Positions 11,088 through 22,969 are shown, numbered from the stretch's first letter. The stretch is DNA of 64,000 bases from Tubiluchus corallicola (GCA_030141605.1 JAQGDQ010000533.1:87695-151694), one strand, 5' to 3'. A program made the numbers and translations. Notes: generated from the sequence alone by a model not told the origin.

Positions 11088-13338
11088 TACATTCAGTTGA
11101 CTTTGTCTCTAAAATGTTACGAAATACACCTTTTACATTCGGTTGACTTTGTCTCTAAAATGTTACGAAATGCACCTTTTACATTCGGTTGACTTTGTCT
11201 CTAAAATGTTACGAAATACACCTTTTACATTCGGTTGACTTTGTCTCTAAAATGTTACGAAATACACCTTTTACATTCGGTTAACTTTGTCTCTAAAATG
11301 TTACGAAATGCACCTTTTACATTCGGTTGACTTTGTCTCTAAAATGTTACGAAATGCACCTTTTACATTCGGTTGACTTTGTCTCTAAAATGTTACGAAA
11401 TGCACCTTTTACATTCGGTTGACTTTGTCTCTAAAATGTTACGAAATGCACCTTTTACATTCGGTTGACTTTGTCTCTAAAATGTTACGAAATACACCTT
11501 TTACATTCGGTTGACTTTGTCTCTAAAATGTTACGAAATGCACCTTTTACATTCGGTTGACTTTGTCTCTAAAATGTTACGAAATGCACCTTTTACATTC
11601 GGTTGACTTTGTCTCTAAAATGTTACGAAATGCACCTTTTACATTCGGTTGACTTTGCCTCTAAAATGTTACGAAATGCACCTTTTACATTCGGTTGACT
11701 TTGCCTCTAAAATGTTACGAAATGCACCTTTTACATTCGGTTGACTTTGCCTCTAAAATGTTACGAAATGCACCTTTTACATTCGGTTGACTTTGCCTCT
11801 AAAATGTTACGAAATGCACCTTTTACATTCGGTTGACTTTGCCTCTAAAATGTTACGAAATGCACCTTTTACATTCGGTTGACTTTGCCTCTAAAATGTT
11901 ACGAAATGCACCTTTTACATTCGGTTGACTTTGCCTCTAAAATGTTACGAAATGCACCTTTTACATTCGGTTGACTTTGCCTCTAAAATGTTACGAAATG
12001 CACCTTTTACATTCGGTTGACTTTGCCTCTAAAATGTTACGAAATGCACCTTTTACATTCGGTTGACTTTGCCTCTAAAATGTTACGAAATGCACCTTTT
12101 ACATTCGGTTGACTTTGCCTCTAAATGTTACGAAATGCACCTTTTACATTCGGTTGACTTTGCCTCTAAAATGTTACGAAATGCACCTTTTACATTCGGT
12201 TGACTTTGCCTCTAAAATGTTACGAAATGCACCTTTTACATTCGGTTGACTTTGCCTCTAAAATGTTACGAAATGCACCTTTTACATTCGGTTGACTTTG
12301 CCTCTAAAATGTTACGAAATGCACCTTTTACATTCGGTTGACTTTGCCTCTAAAATGTTACGAAATGCACCTTTTACATTCGGTTGACTTTGCCTCTAAA
12401 ATGTTACGAAATGCACCTTTTACATTCGGTTGACTTTGCCTCTAAATGTTACGAAATGCACCTTTTACATTCGGTTGACTTTGCCTCTAAAATGTTACGA
12501 AATGCACCTTTCGGTTGACTTTGCCTCTAAAATGTTACGAAATGCACCTTTTACATTCGGTTGACTTTGCCTCTAAAATGTTACGAAATGCACCTTTTAC
12601 ATTCGGTTGACTTTGCCTCTAAAATGTTACGAAATGCACCTTTTACATTCGGTTGACTTTGCCTCTAAAATGTTACGAAATGCACCTTTTACATTCGGTT
12701 GACTTTGCCTCTAAAATGTTACGAAATGCACCTTTTACATTCGGTTGACTTTGCCTCTAAAATGTTACGAAATGCACCTTTTACATTCGGTTGACTTTGC
12801 CTCTAAAATGTTACGAAATGCACCTTTTACATTCGGTTGACTTTGCCTCTGCCTCTAAAATGTTACGAAATGCACCTTTTACATTCGGTTGACTTTGTCT
12901 CTAAAATGTTATAAAAATACACCTTTTACATTCGGTTGACTTTGTCTCTAAAATGTTACGATATACACCTTTTACATTCGGTTGACTTTGTCTCTAAAAT
13001 GTTACGAAATACACCTTTTACATTCGGTTGACTTTGTCTCTAAAATGTTACGAAATACACCTTTTACATTCGGTTGACTTTGTCTCTAAAATGTTACGAA
13101 ATACACCTTTTACATTCGGTTGACTTTGTCTCTAAAATGTTACGAAATACACCTTTTACATTCGGTTGACTTTGCCTCTAAAATGTTACGAAATACACCT
13201 TTTACATTCGGTTGACTTTGTCTCTAAAATGTTACGAAATACACCTTTTACATTCGGTTGACTTTGTCTCTAAAATGTTACAAAATACACCTTTTACATT
13301 CGGTTGACTTTGTCTCTAAAATATTACGAAATACACCT
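11088..13338. repeat. 46-bp satellite, about 49 copies, filling the last RNF10 intron
   Basis: Unit acattcggttgactttg(t/c)ctctaaaatgttacgaaat(a/g)cacctttt. Five units span 230 bp. Confidence 0.98.
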
Positions 13339-13492
13339 ATTTTTGCCAGATTCGTAAAGAAACGTTTTTCTGACTTGTTGATTTCCGGTTTCCTGCTTGT
13401 TTTGGCTTCACACTTAATAATATTTGCTGCTACATTGAGAAAAAGTTTCTTATTCATCTAATTTGGATTAATTTTTAATTGACTTTTTTTAG

Positions 13493-13599
13493 GAGAAGGT
13501 CGGCAGGAATTGGTCACGCCATCTAGCGGAAAGAAAAGGAAGGGCAAGAAGAAACAGTTGACGCTGTTCTCCACCTCGATGGCAAGAACAGGAAAGTAA
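13493..13599 (+). CDS. RNF10: RNF10 terminal coding exon (GEGRQELVTPSSGKKRKGKKKQLTLFSTSMARTGK*)
   Basis: tttttttag acceptor. Basic 'GKKRK...LFSTS' C-terminus characteristic of RNF10. TAA at 13597-13599. Confidence 0.92.
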
Positions 13600-15004
13600 T
13601 AAAAATCCCGGCAAAAACATCGAGAATTATTTGCGTCTTTGTTTGATTGACGCGCATTTAAAGTTACATTTGTTATGATTACAGCTGAATTTTTGCAATA
13701 CTGCTTGTGTGTGCTGCTCCAAATGATTGTAATGTGGTGTAAAATTTCAGACATTGAAAAACTACTCATGCTCGTAGCAAATCGTACATGGACATTGTCC
13801 TGCATTATGCCGTAGCTAGATTTGAGACAGTTGGGCTTTTTAACTAACCCGTTTATCCGTTATTAATTGCGGTTGGTTGACTGTTTAACCATTCCCCCGA
13901 TGGCGTCATACATGATATAAGAAAATATCGAATACAGTTTCATTGCACAAGTAAGCGGTGCGGTTCAAATCTAGCATGCACCAGCAAGGATATCCAACAT
14001 GGCGTCATCCTTGTAACATACACGAGTGAAAAACTTTTTACAATTTACCGTTTAGATGCTTAAGCAACCAGATTAATTGAAACAATGTTGTAGATAGTAC
14101 AGTGTTATGTAAGCGGGACATTGTTAACTGTGTACGCAAACTGAGAAAAGTTACAAGGTTTAATTAATACAGATACGTAGAAAACTTGTTTAAGTAATTG
14201 TTAAACGGTTATTGATTTTCTAATCTATTACATCAGTTAGTGGTTGGCTAAACCCTTGAACAGTTAACTGTCTCTGCCCTAGCTCTAGCATTGTTTTGTT
14301 GCGTAATTGTGTGTTTGTTAAGCCTTGAACCACTTGGTCATTGTTACGCATTGATATAATTGTTTTTCATGAAAAATGTTGTCTTTGAAAAATAGGTATT
14401 ATTGAAAAATATTGTTATAAGTTTCAGTTAAGTAAGAGTTTAGGCAAAGTTCTTTATTTTCATAAGGTATTCTTTGACTACAATGGTTTGTTACAAATAT
14501 CTAAATAACATCGTTTGCGATTGAAGGCTCATTGCAGTGTTCTGTAACAAGTTTCACTGTTTATGAAGAATTGCGACTTTTTCGTTTTCTATGCTCTTCA
14601 CTAATTTTCTGATGCGTTTTAAAGCGGAATTCATTATTCGCATTCGATCCAGATCTGGTCCACATTCAATCCAGAAGCATGTTGAGGATTAATTTAGATA
14701 CACTTTTGAATACATCTAATGTGAATCATCGTCGAGTAAAAACATTATTTTGTTAAACTTAAAAATGGTGTTGCTTTAGTACTTTGTAAATATGCTTATT
14801 GCCTATTCGTTATGGTCATAAATTGATTTTTAATTAACTAATGTAACAATTCTTAAGATTTCACAAAACAAAAACCAAGTTGAAGAAGGAATTTCCATTA
14901 TTTTGTCGAGACTAAAAAAATGTTTAAATGGTTATTAATTATTGTTAATTGACATGTGTCATCGTAATATTTGAAAGCGTTTTGGTGGCCTCTAATAGGT
15001 ATTT

Positions 15005-15632
15005 TGTGGCGTATCAAGTGCTTGTGGCGCCCTCGGGCAAAAAAGTTCTGGTGCCCTACCCTTTTAACGTTTCGATAATTTGTTTCATGGGTGAAGCCAC
15101 AAATTGTGTGCGTCCCTGTGACCAACTTTCCTTTTTCGGCACGATGGGATGAAAGGTCAGCGATCGTTTTCCAAGAATCACCCTGAGTTTGGTTTGTGGT
15201 ACTGCAGCAGAGTAACTCTTTTCTATGCATAAATTCCTCGTAACATGACAGTCCTTAAACATATAACTCCAGCACTAAAACTTGCAAAGATTACGAAACC
15301 TACGGAACACTACAGGTTTTCACAATAATACAATCAGCATTTAGAGAAACGCTTCTGTTTCTCCCAAAATTATCGATCTTAAACCACACGACACCCTACA
15401 CATGTCGTTAAGCCTTAAAAAAGCCTACACCCTAGAAAAACATTTGCCTTTTTTCTAGGGTGTAGGTAGTAATTAAGTCAGCTACGATGATCTCTGACTA
15501 GGCAATTTTGTTGTAATTTGAAAACTCGTTAATGATGGACTAGTAATAATTAACTGTCATTGAACTCCAGAAGAATTTTGCACCTTCTCACTCTTACCTC
15601 TGGGGGCGATCGCCCCCACCTTGCCACGCCTA
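15005..15632 (+). mobile_element. hAT-like non-autonomous element
   Basis: Degenerate (CA)GTGGCGTA.CAAG…GGCGCCC left end and GGGGCGATCGCCCCC…CACGCC right end. About 370 bp recurs inverted at 23490-23866. Confidence 0.6.
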
Positions 15633-16940
15633 AACTTGGAAGATACCATTTATGAAACGGCTTTTAAAATTATTTAATGAAAACAGTTATTATTAGAAAT
15701 TTTAATAATTAAATAACAGAAAATTGGATTATAGAATAAATATACTAAAGCTGAAAAATTTGTTTTTTTTTAATTTTTTTCCAGAATTTATTATTACATT
15801 TTATTTTACACAGTTGACAAACGGTTTTCAAGTTTGCGATTCACATTCATTGATGGGTAGGTGTGTGAGGTTCATCAAACCTTTCTCTATGTTTCATGCA
15901 CTATCGTTATCATAAAAGATTAATTGTACTGCAGTGGGGCTAGAGAAGTAAAGGCTTGTATAAGTCCACTGTCATGTGAACAGTAATAAGTTATAACGTT
16001 TCACACACTATCATTATAAAAGAGTAATTGTACTGCAGCGAGGCTAGAGAAGCAAAGGCTTGTATAAACTTTCTCTCGTGTGAACCAGATAAAAGAGGAA
16101 TTGATGAGTGAAAGAACAGGAGAAAAGTTAGATCACACAGGACCGGAAGAATGATGTGTTAGTGGAAATAGTAGGAAGAAAGACAGTAGATTGTGCGATG
16201 TTTACATCAGCTCTAAAGATTTATCAATGATGTCTTGTTTTGTATAATCTGTACCAGGATTGTGGTATGACTATTGTACTTGTTGAAAATAATTGCTTTA
16301 TAATATTTTTAAATTTTTGAATTGGCTAAATAGTATATAGTTCATCATTTATGTTATTCCAAAGCCTTAGAGACAAAATTTGCAATGAATTGCCGTGTCA
16401 CGTCTGTTCTACAGAAATTTACGACAAATTTTCGTTTTGATTGTAACAGGGTTATCTAAAACCTCTCAAACGCGGTAGATCCTCAACGGAACTTGCATTT
16501 TCTTAGGCAGTTCGGTTATTAGCTGTTTATAGTTTCAATAATATTGGGTATTATTTTGAAAACCTTTAGCAGAGTTGGTTTGATAATAAGAAAAAGACAG
16601 TGGACCTTTATTGTCTGAGAAAACTAAACATTAAAAGCTAAAAAGCAGCTAGAAAGTTGTAATAATTTCATTGTTTTATTTGCGAAACTCCACATTATGT
16701 TTGCATGCTGCCAATAGATGGCGCCACGGACTCCTTCGTGCGGCATAATTCAGTTCATTTGTGGTTGCATGACGATTTCTGTCTTTTGACGAAAAACAAC
16801 CAGTTTTACGTTCGATTCATTAAAATATTTTTTGAACTACTGTGCTGTAATAGTTGCCGTGGTTTATTTAATAAATGAAATGAAAATGTCAGATTAGCTG
16901 ATTTTTAAAAGTATTCCAAAAACAGCGTCATCGGTAATGC

Positions 16941-17070
16941 AGTCACAGGAAAAAGTCGTAATTTGGTTAGGATAAAAGTCACAATTAATTTTGACTAGGG
17001 TTAGAGTCCGGGTTAGTATTTGGGTTAGGGTAGAGGTCAAGGTTAGGTTATTTCTTTTTTTCCTGTGACT
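16941..17070. repeat. Small element with 14-bp inverted repeats enclosing degenerate (GGGTTA)n
   Basis: AGTCACAGGAAAAA (16941-16954) / TTTTTCCTGTGACT (17057-17070). Telomere-like units at about 16996-17050. Confidence 0.6.
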
Positions 17071-17323
17071 TTGCTAGCTGGATTGAAAACAGCACACCAC
17101 ATCTAGATCCTACTATTTTTGAGGTCAGGAACTTTCTTTAGGATTGAGAAGCGCAGAAGTTCGAGTGAAAAAAACTTGATGTTTGAATGGAGAAGAACTT
17201 TATGGTGTATGATAGAGAAACGTAGGTTTCATTATGATCAGTGGTTACTATAAGTGCTGATTAGGCATTGATCAAATACGGATGACTGAGGCACCGACTG
17301 GATGTCCGTCCCTTATTTACCTA

Positions 17324-17842
17324 TTAGGTTACTGTACTTCCCTTGCCTCTTTTGCTTCCTTTGCTCCCCTTGCCTCCTTTGCTTTCTTTACTTCCTTTGC
17401 TTCCCTTACTTCCCTTGCTTCCGCTACTTGTTCCTGTACCGTAACCAATTTCTTTAAAAAGGCCGGCACGCACATTGCCGTAAAAATCCCTCACTAGAAT
17501 CAGTTCACCGCCTTGTTTTTCTACGTGTTTGCCACCTTTTATAATAAAGATGTTACTTTTGCTGTCATATCCACTTCCAGAGTTGCCGCTGCCATAACTG
17601 CCGCTACTGCTTGAACCACTTCCATAATCACTGCTACTGCCATAACCGCCGCTACCACTTGAACCACTTCCGTAATCACTGCTGCTGCCATAACCGCCGC
17701 TACCGCTTGAACCACTATGCTTGTTTTTTACAACATAATAGGTTGTGCGCCTTACACTTGGTCTCCTCCTACCATGACCACGGTTTCTGCCTCTGCCTTG
17801 GTGACCATAACCACCAGCTGAGTTCACAACAATTACCATAAG
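17324..17842 (-). CDS. Coding exon 2 of secreted Gly/Ser/Tyr/Lys/Arg-rich protein (183 aa total); candidate structural, matrix or adhesive protein
   Basis: ttttgcag acceptor, 172 open codons. Completes the signal peptide (LMVIVVNS-A). GSSGSGGYGSSSDY and SKG repeats show varied synonymous codons, unlike a microsatellite. Confidence 0.85.
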   Translation of the reverse strand, partial: LMVIVVNSAGGYGHQGRGRNRGHGRRRPSVRRTTYYVVKNKHSGSSGSGGYGSSSDYGSGSSGSGGYGSSSDYGSGSSSSGSYGSGNSGSGYDSKSNIFIIKGGKHVEKQGGELILVRDFYGNVRAGLFKEIGYGTGTSSGSKGSKGSKGSKESKGGKGSKGSKRGKGSTVT

Positions 17843-17905
17843 CTGCAAAAAATAAATTTCTTTAACCCCAATGGCGCATTCAGACTTGCCAGTTTTCTCG
17901 CTAAG

Positions 17906-18460
17906 TTAAAGGAAGACCGGGAAATTGTTTAGACTCAATTTCATTTTAATTTACTGTCCAAAATATACATTTTCTTGTCTATTAAAGTTAGCAATTGTTT
18001 CCAATATTTGGATAATTAACTTAAAAAGTTAGTGAACGACAACCGAACACAGCTCTTGCTTACGTCAGAAACTAACCACAGTTTGTGCAATGGCTGGCAT
18101 CTTACCTTGCGCGTCAAGCACGTGTGCGTAAGTTTTACAGTACTGCTTATATGCGTGATGTCTCAAAAATGGGCTCTACATCTTATGAGGTCAGAAACTA
18201 ATAATGCAGTTCATGATCACGGTTATCACGGTACCGCCTTCTATTTGTTGGCCACGCGCATGTGACAAAAAGGCACCGTTGCCAATCTTAGTAGATTCAC
18301 TGAGCCGCGCGTAACTTTGAAAGTTTAACAAAATTTGAGTATCCGAGGTAATTATTATTCAATCTAAGCTTTGATTTAAAATACGCTATTGTAGTTTTCA
18401 ATATTTTAGAGCATTCTTTATTCTGAACTAATGTCTACACAATCGTCCGGTTTTCCTTTA
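17906..18460 (+). mobile_element. Kolobok/T2-type MITE family D, in the intron of the secreted-protein gene
   Basis: TIR TTAAAGGAAGACCGG / CCGGTTTTCCTTTA. Right half repeated at 56060-56354. Confidence 0.72.
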
Positions 18461-19005
18461 TCTCGCCAAATAACTGCCAAGCGTGTTCAATTCGCATCAG
18501 AGTTCGCAAATACTTGCCGACAGTAACTCGCAAAGCAGTTCACACTAGCGAGTTTGCTATCAGAGAGAAGTGGCTAGTCTAAACGCACCGTAAACGCGGT
18601 TAGACGTGGGGATTGTATAATTCAAATTCAGTTCTAGCAGCAAGAAAACAAAGAACATTGGAACGGCAGGAATTGAAAATAGAGGTTTGAAAGCAGAGCT
18701 AATACCCCCCTCCGAGAAACATTTCGTTATTTGACTTGGTTGCACATAGGAAATTAGTACGGAATGCGAAGCAATAGGTTACTCGCTTATTGGCACATTA
18801 TCAGCTTTTTCTGCCCAACTACCTTGCGACGTGACAATATCAAAACTGGCTAAAAGCTTATTATGCAAAGAACAACGAGAACAAGAACGATACCGGCCTC
18901 ACATCAAAACAGATCTGCTTATAAGGTTACATCACGAGCGAAGAACGCAATAATGAGCAAAGGCTGAATAAAAATCAATACTATATAAATAAGTTAAAAA
19001 CTTAC

Positions 19006-19038
19006 CGAAATTAGTATCACAATGGTCACTAATTTCAT
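19006..19038 (-). CDS. Coding exon 1 of secreted Gly/Ser-rich protein: start of signal peptide MKLVTIVILIS
   Basis: aaaaATG start context, 11 codons, TCG|gtaagt donor in phase 0, matching the exon 2 acceptor. Confidence 0.8.
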
Positions 19039-19602
19039 TTTTGATGTGCAGCAGCTATCTTAATCCACTAGATTAACACAAAAATACTATGCTGTTAAAA
19101 TTTTATCATTAAAATGTTTAAATTATGCATTTAACAACATACAACAAATTATTAAATTATACTACAAATTAAATCATACAACATGCAATGTTAAATTATA
19201 CAAAAATACTATGTTGTATATACATAATAAATATATGATTACAACGATTTGCTAACAAATAAAAAGTTGTACTACTTCAGCATTTTACTTCTTCCTTTGC
19301 TGCAGTTTTGTTAAATAAACCATAAACTAAAAAATATTCTTAGCATTTTTGAGAACAACTAAGAATTTTAATTGTATGATATGAAAAGATGTGTCTATTG
19401 CTCGCTGATTTACTCTTATTATAATTTTAGTTGCGTATGTAATATATATGATTTTTTCATACATAAGTAACAAAGTTTTCGCATATCTTCTACTATTTTT
19501 GCAGACCGATTTTTCTTTGAACTACACTATAATGTAATTAGCTTATAGTAACAAATATAGACCTATAGTTTACACGAGTATATGAAAAAACGTTTTGCAT
19601 AC

Positions 19603-19662
19603 CTTTAGTGTATCTACGAATACTTCTTTTTTATTTAGGACGCTCTCTACATTATATATATA
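19603..19662 (-). promoter_or_regulatory. Putative TATA box and short non-coding first exon of the secreted-protein gene
   Basis: TATATATA at about 19653-19662. AAAG|gtatg donor at 19603/19602. ttaatctag acceptor at about 19068, just upstream of the ATG. Inferred from motifs only. Confidence 0.4.
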
Positions 19663-19974
19663 CCGGCTCCACTGCCCTCAATAGCTGACACTCAAATGAG
19701 TACTTTCTAGACGTCAAAACTTTTGTCTTTTTTGTCAACTTTTGTTTTCGTGTCTTGTGATAAATAGAACATCTTTGCCATTGTCACTGTCAGCAAAGCA
19801 TTAGGTTCTTGTGACTCCCGGCGACATTAAAGTGCAAGTTACACCAAGTAATTATATCTTGAACGTCTCAGGACACAAATTACCCCAGGAAAGTGGAATG
19901 TAAAATTTTGACAAAGCTACGTGAACTAGTCTTTTAGGGGTTCTTCTTAGAAGTTTCTTTTAGACGCTTTCATT

Positions 19975-20370
19975 GGAAAGGGGAGAAAACGAAATTTAAG
20001 GTAGACCTACATCCCAAAGAACTTTCCGTACAAAATTACATTATTAATTTTAGCATCACCTGTTTGATAAACTTATGTAATCGAAAAAGAAAACCCTTAT
20101 TATTTTAAAATGTTTGTGTCACCTGGTAAAGCGGCAGTGCACCGCCATCCTAGTGTGCACTGCTGATTCACCAAAAACATATTATTATTTTTATTGACAA
20201 AATAAAGAAATTTATTCACTTGCTTAGATAGCGAAGAGTACACTACAAACGCCCTGATTATTTTTACAAATTTTACACAAACTTATCTAACCTTGTTTCA
20301 AGAGACCTATCGTTAAAATGGCTGCATCTAATGATCATTGCGGTAGCTTAAACTTACAAGTTTTATATAG
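19975..20370 (+). mobile_element. MITE family A partial copy
   Basis: Shares the ccatcc.agtgtgcac..ctgattcaccaaaaa and aaaatggctgca blocks. Confidence 0.68.
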
Positions 20371-22179
20371 GTGATTCTAGCTCCTCACCTGATTGTAGAA
20401 AGAAGCTGCATTCGTATTTGAACGTTGTTAAGACAACTCTGTCAGTTTAGTGACTCAACTTTAGCCTGAGTTTTTATGATGAACAAGGTACCGATCTCGC
20501 CATAAACATCTAATTTGAGTAGTCTCTCTCTCTGAGTCGTGGATTCCACAGTTAATAGTGTTAGTGCAAAAAATGCACCGTAAGTGCAAAAAATGACGGC
20601 AAAATTCTGTAAAACAATTCAAAACGTTAGACGACTGTTTAAACTTGGCTAAAATGATTTGGAACAAATTAGACTATTATATGAAATTTAGTTGAAATGA
20701 GAATGCAGTTGAGTATATTTGTGAAAATAGCGTTAAGGTGATATATTGTAAATCTATTGTATGTGTCAGATTTTATTTTTACTGAGACCTTGCTCATAGA
20801 TACAAATTTCGCAAAGTATTTACGCTTATGCTTTTTCGTAACTTTGGTGTCTCTGCGATTGCGCAGTTGGAGTTTCCTGTTCGACAAAATTGTCTGCAAA
20901 GATCGGAGATATGGGAAAGATAAATTTTTTCACATGAATCTTTGTACACACGCACACACATAGCTTTTTCACGTTTCTGGATAAGATTAATTCCACCGTA
21001 AGTTGTATATGTGTGTGTGTATAATTATGCCAATGTATGGCGAGTTGTGTGTTGTAATAGTTGTAATTTTTGTATTTCATAGTAAACATTTCAAGTTTAA
21101 TTATAATTATGTTTAAGTAATTTAGTATGACGCTATTGCTAATTAATAGTAGACTGAGTCTAGTCATTATAAAATAACTAACTGGTATCCTGCCACGATG
21201 TATACGTGTCGTAATATTGAATTATTGACAACTATTACTAGTAATTAATGAATTTTAATGATAAGGAATTTATCTATCTAACTTAACTATCTACTTTTGT
21301 TAAACAAGAACGCAATTTTTCCTGGACAAAGGATCCTAGTCAGTTTCGCAGCATCCACCAAGCTGAACAGAGTCGAGAGAGTATTTTCCCTTTGACTATG
21401 ATTTAAAACCTTACCAGCACGATTGGTCCTCAACAGTGTTTGCAGTCTTCTAACATTAAGTCTCACTGTTTATACCTTAGGTAATTTCGCCAGATATTTT
21501 TTGGTCATGTGACCGGGACCACTCACCTGTGTATATCTATTTTTGCTTCGGCAAGCCAGTTGGTCAGTAGACGTTAAACGACTTCTTTACTTTAATAGTG
21601 ATAAAAGTTTTACAATATAATAGTGCTACATTTTTAGATACATTGATAAATAGTAATCTTGCTTTATGGGGTCATATGCTGTAAGTAAATACATCATTTT
21701 TGCATTGTTTTGGTTCGTTATAAACTAATCATTTCGCGGACCTTAGTTTAATTAATGCCAATCTTATTATTTTGATAGCATTTCATATAAATTAGTATAC
21801 TGTCAAACTAGATTCAGTTTCCAATAAAAGAACTATGCTTGCTCTTTAATTATTATTACCTGTGCCAGGTCATAGTAGCAAATGGCTAGTATCACTAAAA
21901 GGTAGAAAGCCAGTAGCAAATATTTCATCCTTTTATTTGATACACTTATTTGCAATAATTTCCACAACATTTTCCAAACTCATTTGCAGTCCTTCAATAG
22001 ATGGCGCAACCGTAATGCCAGTAACTTGTCTGCTTTTACTGTTTGGTATTAGAAGTACACAAGAAACTTAAATTTAATCAGGATACAACGATCATCAGAT
22101 ATTTACAAATTGTACATAAAAATATTACGTTTTAATTACAATTAACAAGATTCTTTACATGCAGTTTATCATAACCCTG

Positions 22180-22659
22180 TTATACGGTAAAGGTTCGTCC
22201 TCGGAACGGTTCCATTACTCCATCCGGAGACCGTTCCTTTGCCTCCTTTTTCAGCAGATTGAATGCCATTCTTAGGCGGGATTTTTCCTTCGGAGGACTG
22301 CAATGGTCCTGACTTCTGTACCGATCCAACCTCTTGTTCCAATTGCGGACCGTCCGGTAGGCATTCTCAAAAACGACGGCAATGCCAGATATGTCCTCGC
22401 TGGCGGCAACTTCGAAGAAAAGGCATTTGATGCGATTGGCCAGTGCTGTGCCCTCCTGACGTTCCACCTCTCTCATGTGGCACAAGTCTGACTTGTTGGC
22501 CACTAGGAGGAGTGGAAATTTCTCCTCGTTGCGGACTTCCGCAATGTAATTCTTCATCTTTGGTATGTCCAAGTACGTCTTCCGGTCAGTGACGGAGTAC
22601 ACCAACACGTAAACATCCGCCCATAATATCTGGTCTTCCCATTTGGAATTTGGAAAATC
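22180..22659 (-). CDS. RERG-like GTPase terminal exon (…WADVYVLVYSVTD…LLVANKSDL…FFEVAAS…RGRTFTV*)
   Basis: ttctag acceptor phase 0, 160 codons including the stop. G4 NKxD and G5 region present. No CAAX box, as in the RERG/RASL11 family. Confidence 0.92.
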   Translation of the reverse strand, partial: DFPNSKWEDQILWADVYVLVYSVTDRKTYLDIPKMKNYIAEVRNEEKFPLLLVANKSDLCHMREVERQEGTALANRIKCLFFEVAASEDISGIAVVFENAYRTVRNWNKRLDRYRSQDHCSPPKEKSRLRMAFNLLKKEAKERSPDGVMEPFRGRTFTV

Positions 22660-22811
22660 CTAGAAACAATGCAAGAATTTAGAGCTGTCAAGTGGATATC
22701 ATAGACCAAAAAAAGATTAAGTTATTTTTAAGTTAAAAACGCTAAACAATCTCAACGTTTCCTCAAATTAGCTGACATTTCGTGATATTACTATGACACA
22801 TGTGGTATCAT

Positions 22812-22931
22812 TGTGTGACCCACAATAGGTACAGGTGGCGCTGTTGGACTGTGTGACACGCGATAGCTACAGGTGGCGCTGTTGGCCTGTGTGACACACG
22901 AGTGGTACAGGTGGCGCTGTTGGACTGTGTG
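22812..22931. repeat. 38-bp tandem repeat x3 carrying a CTCF-like motif
   Basis: ACAGGTGGCGCTGTTGG at 22831, 22869 and 22907. Confidence 0.9.
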
Positions 22932-22969
22932 CTACAAGGAAGAAATCTCGGACCTGCTCTGCCATGTTA

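Noticed and set aside
11088-13338. CRISPR-like regular array
   Set aside because: Units are contiguous with no unique spacers, the context is a eukaryotic intron, and there are no cas genes. It is a satellite.
14898-15262. ORFs similar to the one at 23682-23867
   Set aside because: The similarity reflects two copies of the same non-coding hAT-like element, and the frames are not preserved.
18032-18265. ORF sharing 'DHGYHGTAFYL' with the ORF at 55944-56159
   Set aside because: Both lie in MITE family D copies. The similarity is at DNA level, not a conserved protein.
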